From Euprymna scolopes (taxonomy: Eukaryota): a stretch of DNA of 64,000 bases. The position numbers were made by a program, and so were the translations under genes. This document shows, piece by piece, positions 1 to 10,640 of the stretch. A model generated the notes under the pieces. It worked only from the letters and a program-made list of their open reading frames with translations, had not been told where the DNA came from and did no database searches. The stretch is taken from assembly GCA_053919585.1 (NCBI GenBank), contig CM132792.1. One strand, written 5' to 3'. How positions within the stretch are numbered: the stretch's first letter is position 1; the number at the start of each line of letters is the position of its first letter.

Positions 1-570
1 AAAGTTACTAATTGAAAAGATTTAGCGATCATTTAGTTGAATATTTCATATAATATCTGTATTCTTGAGTATTTGGTGTCTAAAGCAAAATATAAGAGAC
101 AGATTAGCAAATATCAACGATCGAATGCAGGTGGATTTTCGTCAGAAATCAAAAATGGCTGTCACTGTATACTCGGGGGGGGGACTTGCGAGGTCTAGAA
201 ATATATGTGCTAATGCTTATTTTTGCATGAAACTTGGCAGTTATGGAGAAAAATAAATATTCTACCACTTCTATAAGTTATAAAAATACAACTTACTCAC
301 CTTTATAAATTGTAGTGTTAGAAAAATGAGCGTAAACTTCACTCAATTTTTTCTCCCGTTTATCGTGGGCGTATTCAGAAATTTAAAAAACCAGCATGGA
401 GAGGAAAACATGTGTAAAACGTCATCATAAGCTGCACAGCCTGAAAAGCCCTCAAAAACCGATTACGTACTTCACAAAAATACAATGACAAACAACTACG
501 AGCGCAGAGTTTGCTCGACTCACTGAACAGAAACAATCGAACTAGAATATAGGTCACTGTAGCGTACCTA

Positions 571-870
571 ATACCACTCTGATAAAATCTGAGAAAGTCA
601 ATTTTGACCGTTTCAGATATGACCTGTTGGTTAGGCTTGCTGTTTGGGTTTTGTGCATTTTGCAACGGAATCTTCTCGTTCCCCGGTATTTAATGACTGT
701 CATCTCTCGCTGACATACAATGCAGTTCATTTTTTAAGCAACTATCTTCCTTTCCTTAAGGAACTAATATGTGGATTCAAAATCCTTGATCCATTCGGTT
801 AGCTCTGTAAACATTTTGGAAAATAAAGTTGTCTTGTGTTGTAATCGAAGTAAATGAACAGGAACCCTTC
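571..870 (-). pseudogene. Merlin (IS1016/ISXO2-like) transposase N-terminal remnant, copy A
   Basis: The minus strand reads FTELTEWIKDFESTY*FLKERKIVA*KMNCIVCQREM...RFRCKMHKTQTASLTNRSYLKRSKLTFSDFI. The DNA closely matches ~21260-21510, which continues into an unmistakable Merlin DDE core. Confidence 0.7.
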
Positions 871-1096
871 TTTTATATTACGTGTTGATACAGGTGAGTA
901 TTAAATAAAACCATGTTAGTAACTTGTTAGTGAAGCATTCATGAACAGAGGCGAGACGCACATGGTAACGTAACAAAGAATTTATTAACACTGAATAGAT
1001 AGCAGTTTACCACTAATACAAGTAGTGGGAGGTTGCAGTCAAGAGTGACGGTGGCAGTCACTAAGTCAAAGGGAGATAACTCGTGCTTATGTAACA
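871..1096 (-). repeat. Gypsy 3' LTR
   Basis: Direct repeat of 6337-6562, adjacent to a polypurine tract on the minus strand. Confidence 0.95.
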
Positions 1097-1298
1097 TCTC
1101 CGTTTTTTTTTTTCTTCTTCTTTTGTTTTAACTGAAAAATAAAAGTATTTTTATTTTTAGAGTTTTCTCATTTAGTCTCTGTATCGGACTGGACATTTAA
1201 TTGATCTCCCTTTCTGTGTGGAGTTTGGTATTATTTTGTTTTCCGAGCTTATCTTTAATACAACTTGTTTTTGACTATTTTCTTGGTTAAATATGTTT

Positions 1299-4200
1299 TC
1301 ATAGTCGTGTTTGATTTTGAACTTTTGATTTTTTTTTTGTTTTTAAAATATGACGTCTGTTGCGCCATACATATTTTCCTTGTTCTGTTTTTATTAGATA
1401 TGAATGAGGCTCTTTTAATTTTTTCACAATCTTACCTTTTAGGTTCCATTTTTCTTGTGAAAGAATACGGACAGTATCGTCTTTCTTTAGTTCTGATAGT
1501 TCTTTGGACTTTTTATTTATTTCATGCTTTTTCATTGTTTTGTTATGCATGATATTTGGAAGATTTGTCCTTAGCGTTCTTTTCATCAACTGTTGGGCTG
1601 GTGACGGGGTTTTATCTTTTAATGGTGAAGTCCGCTAACATTGCTAGGTATGGGTCTTGTCTACTTTCAAACGATTTCTTTAATGTTCTTTTAATTGTTT
1701 GAATGTTTCTTTCTACTAATCCATTCGATTGTGGATAGTTTGGACTTGTCGTGATATACCTGAAATCCTAATCTTTAGCAAATTGTCTAAATTCTGATGA
1801 TCGGTACTCGGGTCCATTGTCACTAATCACTATTTGTGGAATGCCAAATTTTGCGAAGGTGTTTTTTATTTTATTGATTACCGTACTTGATTTGCAGTCA
1901 TCAAGTTTGTGGATATCAAAATATCTAGTCGTGTAGTCTATTATCACTACATATGCTTTTATAAGTAAAATACGTCTGCCGCAACTTTGGTCCACGGTGT
2001 TACGGGTATTTCATGGTGTATTAGTGATTCTGACGGTTGTCGGTTTCTGTGATCTAGACAATGTGTGCATGTGCTAACCATTTCTTTTATTTGATTGTTT
2101 ATGTTAGGCCAATATACGACCTCTTTTGCTCTTGCAATGCACTTTTCTATGCCCAAATGTCCAGTGTGGATTTTTTGTAGGGCTTCCTTCCTTATGGAGG
2201 TTGGGACCGCTATTCGTGTACCTTTCAATACTAGTCCTTTCACAACCGATATGTCATCGCGGACTGGCATATATGGTGCTATTGTGGGTGGCACGTCCAT
2301 TTTTTCTGGCCAAGTTGATGTCGCATATTTCATGAGCATTTTTAGTGTTGGGTCTTTCCCAGTCTCCTCATGGTATATGTTGAGTTTTTGGTCGCTCATT
2401 GGATATTGTTTTATAATGGTATCAATATATTTGTCCATTTCTGTATCCGATATTTCTTGTTCGCTGTCTGTTATATATGCATGTGATAATGCATCAGCAA
2501 TTACGGATTCTCGCCCTGGAATGTATATTACTTCAAATTCGTATTTCTGAAGCGCGAGTAAGAATCTTTGTATTCTCGGAGGGCTCTTTGTAATGGATTT
2601 TTTAAAAATTTGCCTTAATGGTTTGATATCATTTTCTATGAGAAATTTTCTTCCATAGATAAATTGGTGGAATTTGTTGCAGGCGAACACTATGCTGAGT
2701 GTTTCCAATTCTAGCGGGCAGTAATTTTGTTCTGCTGGGGTTGTCGATCGTGACGCGTATGACACGGGTAACCATTTTTCATCATGTTTCTGTTGTAACA
2801 CCGCACTCAATCCATGTTTGCTGGCATCGATGGTGATTTTAATTTCTATGCTGGGATCATAAAATTTTAAAACTGGTAGGCTAGTTATTATCTGTTTTAG
2901 TTTTTCTATAGCCTCTATTTGAGGTTTGTCAAACGACCACAGTGTATCGTTGTGTAGCAGTACTCTCAACGGTGTAGTTACCTCTGAGTACTCTGCTATG
3001 AACTTGCACAGGTAGTTGGTCATTCCCAAAAATCGTTGGATTTCTTTTTTATTTTCGGGTAGAGGCATGTGTGTTATTGCCTTTATTTTAGAAGGGTCTG
3101 GTTTTATTCCTTCATCAGTGATCAAATGACCTAAATATGTTAATTGCTTTGTTGCAAATTCACATTTATTTTTGTTTAGTTTTAATCCAGCTTTGCGTAG
3201 TTGACTGAATACCTTGTCTAATGTTTTTATATGGTCCTCTAATGTTTCTGACCATATTATTGTCATCCTGTGAGTTCTTCGTTCCAGGTATGCCTTCTAT
3301 TATTTTTGCAACTTGTGCTTGAAAAATTTCAGAGGCACTATGTATGCCATATGGCAGGCGCGTGAACGAATAACGACCAAATGGCGAATTAAATGTTAAT
3401 AGTTAAGAGCTTTCTTCATCAACGGGTATTTGCCAATATCCCTTTGAAGCGTCTAATTTCGTGAAATATTTTGGATTTTCCATTTCTGCAAATATTTCTT
3501 CGGCGGGGGGTAATTTGTAGTGTTCTCTTTTTATGGCCTTGTTTAGGTCTCTAGGGTCCAAACATAGTCTTAATTTTCCGTTCGGTTTCTCCACTATTAC
3601 CAGAGAATTTACCCAATCTGTCGGTTCTTCAACGGGTTTTATTATTCCCATTTTTGTCATTTTTTTTAACTCCTTTTATAATTTTGGTTTCATCCCAAAC
3701 GGTATGTTCCTTGGAGGATTTATGATGGGTTTTATGTCCGGATTTATAGTTATATGATGTGTGACTGGTAATTTTCCAATGTCACCAAAGCAATCTTTAT
3801 ATTTTTCTTTTAATGCTTCTATGTCCGTCTTGTTTATTTCATAAGTTCTTTTTATCAGTCCTAGCTTTTCCGCTGTTTCTGCGCCGATTACTGCGTTTGC
3901 ATTTGTGTTTGCCACAATGAAATGCGAACTTACTTTTATATTTTTATTTTGTAATTGTATAACACAGCTCCCTATCGTGGGAATTTGCGTACAGTTGTAG
4001 GCGGTTAATTTTATAGACGTTTTATTTAATTTTGGCTTTGGTTTAATATTTTTATATATTTTTGATGGTAATACGTTTACTTCAGCACCTGTATCGATTT
4101 TGAAGTTGATGAGTGTTTCGTTGCCTCAAATCTTTACTTTCCATTTGTCAGTTTGTAGTGCGTCTACATTTTTTTTCAATATGGCGTCCATGTTGAACTG
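1299..4200 (-). pseudogene. pol: Gypsy pol (protease, RT, RNase H, integrase), disrupted
   Basis: Protease INFKIDTGAE (~4081-4110). RT LRLCLDPRDLN, KLDASKGYWQ and SQDD. RNase H DASKHGL and ELE. Integrase HHCC (HTGHLGIEKC...CTHC) and SDNGPEY. Split over ORFs 3676-3915, 3403-3660, 1959-3266, 1768-1995 and 1299-1589. Confidence 0.92.
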
Positions 4201-4351
4201 ATTTTGCTCCACGTGGTCTGAATTGTGTCCGACATTATATAGTTTCTTCTTTTTCGTTCGACACACTCGAGCGAAGTGTCCTTTTTTGCCGCAATTTGTG
4301 CAATTTTTATTATATGCTGGACAGTTTCCTTTTTGATGTGACCCAGCGCAG

Positions 4352-5573
4352 TGTTATGTTATGAAGCGTATGGTGACAAGCAAAAAGAATAGACAACACA
4401 GGATTAAGATTTGAACGAACTCAACAATTTATTTTCTAATAAATAACACAGAATAATAACGAGCTGTCCTTGGGGTGAAGATGGCAGATTGTTGTTAGTT
4501 GTTGTTATTGTGGTTATAAGGCACGACGAAACCTTCGTTTGTAATAGTAGTAGCAGCAGTGCTGGTCTGGTTATAATCGTGTGTCAATAGCGATAGTTGT
4601 TGTTGTTAGAAGGCGCGACGAAGCCTTCGTTGGTAATGGTAGTAGCAGCAGTGCTGGTTATAATCGTGTGTCAATAGCGATAGTTGTTGTTGATAGAAGG
4701 CGCGACGTAGCCTTCGTTGGTAATGGTAGTAGCAGCAGTGCTGGTTATAATCGTGTGTCAATAGCGATAGTTGTTGTTGTTAGAAGGCGCGACGAAGCCT
4801 TCGTTGGTAATGGTAGTAGCAGCAGTGCTGGTTATAATCGTGTGTCAATAGCGATAGTTGTTGTTGTTAGAAGGCGCGACGTAGCCTTCGTTGGTAATGG
4901 TAGTAGCAGCAGTGCTGGTTATAATCGTGTGTCAATAGCGATAGTTGTTGTTGTTAGAAGGCGCGACGAAGCCTTCGTTGGTAATGGTAGTAGCAGCAGT
5001 GCTGGTTATAATCGTGTGTCAATAGCGATAGTTGTTGTTGTTAGAAGGCGCGACGAAGCCTTCGTTGGTAATGGTAGTGCTGGTTATAATCGTGTGTCAA
5101 TAGCGATAGTTGTTGTTGTTAGAAGGCGCGCCGAAGCCTTCGTTGTAGTAGTAGTAGCATTGGTCGCGACAGCCGTAGCGTTGTGGTGATGGCGAGGCTG
5201 GTGGTCCTTCTGCTGTCTTTTCCTTGGCTTCGCTAAATATAGCAAGCACGCGGACGTAGTTGTAGACAAACGATTAGTGATGAAGAAATTGCCTCCATGT
5301 CGAGAAAACTGTGTTTCTTTTGGGTTGTTGTTTTCGCTACGGTGTGTAAGGCATCTAAGCGTTTTGCCCGTAATTTTGTGGAGGTAACCATGATCATGTG
5401 CCTCGACTTTGGTGCCATGGTAGCGATCGTAGCGTGAATCCCTACGTAGTCAGTTTCTCCCCAAAGCGGTCAGGAATCATGAAACTTGAGTGGTGGTCGT
5501 CACGGTGACACGTGGCAGACAGTATGACGGCGTCCCCAAGTCAAAACGAGATCTAAATCATAACATCATAACA
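4352..5573 (-). mobile_element. Solo LTR (1222 bp) inserted in the Gypsy gag zinc knuckle
   Basis: TGTTATG...CATAACA termini and a perfect 4-bp TSD GCAG (4348-4351, 5574-5577). Orientation is inferred from a minus-strand AATAAA near the left end and from the related PBS-flanked LTR at 29560. Confidence 0.88.
4512..5150. repeat. 87-bp tandem array (about 7 copies) inside the solo LTR
   Basis: The unit ggttataatcgtgtgtcaatagcgatag...gcagcagtgct starts at 4569, 4656, 4743, 4830, 4917, 5004 (shortened) and 5082 (partial). Copies are near-identical. Confidence 0.95.
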
Positions 5574-6244
5574 GCAGTATGTGCATGTCTCAATCCATTG
5601 TTGTGTTTTCGCGGGCTTTCTGTCTTCTCGTTTGAGCATGACTTTGGACGACATCTTGTTTTTCTTTGGGTTTCGGATTGTTGAGATACTTTCTGTCTTG
5701 CATGCAGCCATTATCTTAGAGTGTCTCTTCGTTTCTTCAGCACTCAGGCCTGCTTGTATTGCCTTTTGTAGATCCAGTGAAGGTTCTCTAAGCATTCTTT
5801 CTCTTAACATGCCGTTATGGACGCCATAAATTAGAATGTCTTTTATTAGTCTTTCAGTGAGATCGCCGAATTCACATTTGTTCGCCTTTTGCCATAATTC
5901 TGTGACGTACTCATCAAATCTCTGTGTTTCTTTTTGTTTGCATGTGAAAAATTGATATGTGAGAAACGTCAGGTTTTTTCTTGGTTGGCAGTGCGCGTCA
6001 AATTTTTCTATAACTTTTTTTTTTAGTTTAGCTTCTCTTCGTCATTTTCAAAGTTAAACGTATAATATATTTTCCTTCCCTCATTTCCTATACAAGTCAG
6101 CAATATTGAAGTTTTCACCTTCTCCGGTTTCTTGTTCGACTCTGTAGCTTGCAGGAACAATTGAAATTGGTTTTTTCCACGTTTCCCATTCCTGTCCGAG
6201 ATTATCCGAAGAGAAGTTAAATTCTTTTGGATGTGGTAAAAATT

Positions 6245-6275
<31 letters not shown>

Positions 6276-6336
6276 CTGTGAAAATATTAATATACGGATG
6301 TGAATGTTGACAGTTCAATGTTTTATTCTGACATCA

Positions 6337-6562
6337 TTTTATATTATGTGTTGATACAGGTGAGTATTAAATAAAACCATGTTAGTAACTTGTTAGTGAA
6401 GCATTCATGAACAGAGGCGAGATGCACATGGTAATGTAACAAAGAATTTATTAACACTGAATAGATAGCAGTTTACCACTAATACAAGTAGTGGGAGGTT
6501 GCAGTCAAGAGTGACGGTGGCAGTCACTAAGTCAAAGGGATATAACTCGTGCTTATGTAACA
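6337..6562 (-). repeat. Gypsy 5' LTR
   Basis: Direct repeat of 871-1096. On the minus strand it is followed by tgatgtcagaa, resembling the common tRNA-Leu PBS TGGTGTCAGAA. Confidence 0.95.
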
Positions 6563-7271
6563 GAAACTAATATGCGGATTCAAAATCCTTGGTCTATTCG
6601 GTTAGCTCTGTAAACATTTTGGAAAATAAAGTTGCCTTGTGTTGTAATCGAAGTAAATGAACAGGAACCAATTCCTTCCGGGCATGCGTAACCCTTCCTG
6701 CAAGCCGGAATATTTGTTCCATTATTGTTGTAATAAAAAATAAAAGTTTCATTCACCACACAAAACTAAAAACACATAGTAATGATAAATGATTTATTTT
6801 ATTCATTAAATGAAAAAAGTTAAAAATTTTAAAAAATAGTTGTTTATATGCGCATGTAAAAATGTTTGTACAAGTGGGAAATTATTTTAATATTCATTTT
6901 AAGAAAATGCTATTAAAAAAGAAAAAAGTCAGTAAAAGTGAGACATAAACAGTAAAACGTAGTCATTTAAAAAAGAAAATGCTATTTAAAAAAAAAGAAA
7001 AAGTCGATAAAAGTGAATGAATGGTGCGAAAATAACATTGATTAAACGTAAGTAAATTTATTATTCTATCACCATTTTGTGGTACAAGTGCACTTATTGA
7101 TCCGTGCTGAAATAACGTTATTTAAAAAGCCATTCTTAACATGGGGAGGGTGCAAATTCGCCTAAAAAAGTAAAATCTCATTTTACGGAATTAGCTAAGA
7201 GTGTTAATTTACAATAACACCTATGGCACCATTGGCACTTCTGCATGTCAGTAACATGAAGCGAATGCGTG

Positions 7272-8705
7272 TGTTGCGGTTGGTGGTTGACGGTCTGGGA
7301 GGACAATCGACCCTACCAGCAAACTAAAGGATAGACACGGGCAATGAACAAAACGACACAAAGGCAAAGAAGAGATGACAGACACAAAGGGTTCAGTTTA
7401 AAGACGTGAACACGCCTTTTATTGAAAATCAAAGAGATAATGTAAAAAAATAAAAATAAAGATAAGAATATGTCGGCTGACTGGCGTAGATGACGTACCA
7501 GAATGGGAATAGCAAAAGGGAACTGGTGCAGCAGGTCAAAAGCGGACCAGCGAAAGGTAGGTACTGGCGACTGGGGTAGGTTGCAGACAGGGAGTCCTGG
7601 AGACCGCAGAAGGAAACGGTGAACTGTAAGCACTGGAGGCTGCAGTGGGAAAAAGGTTAGGTTCGTGGAAGGTTTGAATGTTTGTTGGAAAAACTTTAAA
7701 GGCCCTGAAAACACAGTGGTGTTCTGAAAGTCTGGAACCTAGAGACTGCTGAAAGGCCGCAGGAGAAAAGTCGGGAACCTGGAGAAGGCCGCAGGATGAA
7801 AGGCTGGAACCTGGAGACTGCTGGAGGCCGCAGGAACCTGGAGAAGGCCGCAGGATGAAAGGCTGGAACCTAGAGAAGCTGGAGGCCGCAGGATGAAAAA
7901 TCAGGAACCTGGAGAAGGCCGCAGGATGAAAGTCAGGAACCTGGAGAAACTGGAGAAGGCCGCAGGAAGAAAGGCTGGAACCTGGAGAAGCTGGAGGCCG
8001 CAGGATGAAAGTCAGGAACCTGGAGAAGGCCGCAGGGAGAAAGGCTGGAACCTGGAGAAGCTGGAGGCCGCAGGATGAAAGTCAAGAACCTGGAGAAACT
8101 GGAGGCCACAGGATGAAAGTCAGGAACCCAGAGAAGGCAAACAGTTTTTTTGTTGTTTGTGGAAAAACTTAGGTGGCCCTGAAAAGGGCCGTTTGAACTG
8201 CTGCCGTTGTTCTTGTTGCTGTTGCTTGCTGTGGCTGCTGCTGCTGCTGCAAGGGAAGGGACCTCTGCCAAAGGTGCCATCAACTGAGTCGAGGTTCGGG
8301 AGTTCCCTACTCCCAGGCGGGTCAAAAAAAAACTGGCAAAAATGTGCCGTATACGTGACAACAGAGACGCATGACTGTCGCCGGCGCTGTCAAACACAAG
8401 TGTAACTTAAGAAAAATGTAGCAGGCCTACGATGTGATGAGAGTTCTTTTGGCTGGTGACTGAACCTAATAGTAAGAGTTTCGTATGAGAGGTTTTGTTA
8501 ATTATTTAAAGTAACTGATAAAAATTTAAGTAGAACGCCATTTCTGTAGGGTTTTGAGAAGCTACGAATTTGCAAGGGTTGTCTGGGCATGCGCAGACGT
8601 TAGTTTTCTCGCTGTCCCTTCAGTGAAGGAAAGAAGAAAGGAAAACGACAGAGACGAATTCTCGTCAGCAACAGTGAAGGCGGTGGATTTTTCCACACCG
8701 CGACA
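7272..8705 (-). mobile_element. Solo LTR (1434 bp) with internal minisatellite
   Basis: TGTTGCGG...CCGCGACA termini and a perfect 4-bp TSD CGTG (7268-7271, 8706-8709). A minus-strand AATAAA lies near 7417-7423. Confidence 0.82.
7730..8138. repeat. GA-rich minisatellite of ~27-36 bp units (ggaacctggagaaggccgcaggatgaaa variants)
   Basis: More than ten degenerate tandem copies are directly visible. Confidence 0.9.
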
Positions 8706-9643
8706 CGTGTAATTTAGTTTCAAGAACCGCCGACAGATGTCGTTTGTCAGCCAAAGAACCGGGGTCGATAACTATTGTTGTAATGAAAAAAAAAAGTTTC
8801 ATTCAACACACAAAACTAAAAACACATAGAAATGAAAAAAGTTGAGAAATTATTTTAATATTTATTTTAAGAAAATGCTATTAAAAAAGAAAAAAAGTCG
8901 ATAAAAGTGAGACATAAACAGTAAAACGTAGTCATTTAAAAAAGAAAATGCTATTTAAAAAAGAAAAGAAAAAGTCGATAAAAGTGATACATAAACAGTA
9001 AAACAGTTAAAAAAAAAAAAAAAAAAAAAGTCGATAAAAGTGATTAAAAGTGAGATATTAATAAATTTGTAGTAATGTCTTTTATTTCAATATTCATAAA
9101 CAGTAAAACAAAGTTGATAAAAATTCATGATCGTTTAGTTACTATGGCAACTAAAACATGTCCTTTGTTCATGCGTGGGGAGAAGTCAGTGTTTTTTTTT
9201 TTTTTTTTTTTTTAGGGTGTTCGGCAGGGAACTCTAATCGCGACCAGTACCAAACTTATAAAAATTATTTGTTTATATTGTTAGAAAACATGTGGCTAAA
9301 TGATGGGAACTTAAAAGCGGCTAGGGTTCGAATTATCACAACAGACAAAAAAAAAACTGAACCGTTGCAGCCGCCAGTCAACAAAGCAACAAACAGGAAG
9401 AAAAAATAATAAATAACGTTAGTTCTCTTACCTGCTCTTCAAAGTTGCGACGTTGCTGTTTTAGTGTCACGGCTCGTTGTGCCTGGTAACATTTATATCA
9501 ATATTAAACGAGACCTTTCATAGGCCCAAGGAAACAAGTAAAGTGTTCTCCCATACAAATAAATTTGTGGAAATAACCTCTCGGTGGGAAAAAAAAAAAA
9601 AATATAAAAAGAATAAAACGAATCCCGGCCGAGATTCACTCTT

Positions 9644-10047
9644 TGTTAATTAGAGAAAAAATAGTGTCTTTGGCCTTCCCAAAATTTGAATTTCGACGTT
9701 AGTCACATAAAAAGAAAATTTTAACATATTAGGTTGGCCAAAGGGTAGCAGGTAATAGATAGGGAATCAAAAAAATAAGAGACACATTGTTACTTCTCGC
9801 CTTCCCAAAATTAAATTCCGACATTAGTCACATCAAAAGAAAATGTTAACATATTAGGTTGGCCAGAGGAAAACAGAAAATAGAGGGTCGTAACATAATT
9901 TGTAAATTGTGTCCATGAGCCAGGATTACCGACCTGTTCCACCGTCTACCGGTTCCAACTGATCTATATATATACACAATCTTTACTCCTCCTGTCATTT
10001 ACATGTGCTAATTACCCCTTCTACAAAGAAAATAGATAATCCTAACA
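9644..10047 (-). repeat. BEL 3' LTR (404 bp, with an internal ~70-bp direct repeat)
   Basis: Matches 15925-16264 plus 20914-20983 and is followed on the plus strand by a poly-C tract (the PPT on the minus strand). Confidence 0.9.
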
Positions 10048-10099
10048 CCCCCCCCCCCCCCCGAATTGAGGTAAGGAAAATTCTTTCACTCTCCCATTC

Positions 10100-10131
<32 letters not shown>

Positions 10132-10185
10132 ATACATAAAATAAACCCCTTCTTTTTTTTTTTTTTAACTGACCATTGTAATAAG

Positions 10186-10640
10186 CTAAATGTCAGACAC
10201 CCCTCCTGGGTCTGCACAAGAAGAACAGTACCACTGATCCTCCTCTGCCGGAGCTTCATCTATGCCAGCACATTGCCAATGGATCCATTGATCACAACAT
10301 ATCATTGGTCTGTAATCTTCCGGTTCCTGACACTCAGGGCAGATCCATATTAACTCCTGATAGAGCATCGCCTGACACGCCGAACAATACCATCGACTCT
10401 CCTCTGGAGGTTCCCCCACTATAACAACACACTGCCAATGGAACCATTGATCACAATGATCACAACAGATCATTGGTCGCTGATCCTCCGGTTCCTGGCA
10501 ACCAGGGCAGATGCATATCAATTCCTGATTCGCACGTACAAAATCCACTGGGACAGAGGAGCCCGTCTCATCTCTCGACGTATCAGGAGCATAAGCTCTA
10601 TGACTGTGCGTTATAGCCAACTCCAATGGATACAATAATT
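10186..10640 (-). CDS. Tandem PHD fingers (TAF3-like) at the integrase C-terminus
   Basis: In frame with LYPLEL: CPGCQEPEDQRPMICCDHCDQWFHWQC...WYCSAC (C4HC3), then a second copy WICPEC...PMICCD---QWIHWQC...WYCSSC. Confidence 0.9.

Larger units (their letters stand above)
4255..6248 (-). pseudogene. gag: Gypsy gag, frameshifted and interrupted by a solo LTR
   Basis: ATG at 6248 (MEFLPHPKELNFSSDNLGQEWETW...), then LRERMLREPSLDLQKAI. The zinc knuckles CTYC|AGSHQKGNC and CTNCGKKGHFARVC are split at the first knuckle by the 4352-5573 insertion. Confidence 0.85.
871..6562 (-). mobile_element. Ty3/Gypsy LTR retrotransposon, full length but degenerate
   Basis: Two 226-bp LTRs (871-1096, 6337-6562) differ at about 4 positions. 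A PPT lies at 1097-1113 and a PBS-like TGATGTCAGAA at 6326-6336. Domain order on the minus strand is gag-PR-RT-RH-INT, with frameshifts and stops. Confidence 0.95.
6563..9251 (-). mobile_element. Merlin-family 5' region and terminus, partly duplicated and interrupted
   Basis: Matches 21450-22030. It ends in ...gcgaccagtacc (GGTACTGG on the minus strand), like 22030. The segment starting at 6724 restarts at ~8773. Confidence 0.65.

Noticed and set aside
4512-5150. CRISPR-like array
   Set aside because: The units are contiguous and near-identical, with no unique spacers or cas genes, and the context is a eukaryotic LTR.
4581-5189. 202-aa repeat protein as a real gene
   Set aside because: It has a GTG start, arises from an 87-bp (3n) repeat and lies within a solo LTR.
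7893-8405. ORFs over the GA-rich minisatellite
   Set aside because: Low-complexity translations of the repeat inside a solo LTR.
9616-9642. tRNA gene (ttcgaatcc-like T-loop motif)
   Set aside because: Only ~20 nt of a tRNA 3'-like sequence abuts the LTR, which is better explained as a PBS.
10186-10635. Host TAF3 exon or retrocopy
   Set aside because: It sits between integrase and PPT, in frame with the BEL LYPLE motif, and no other TAF3 sequence is present.
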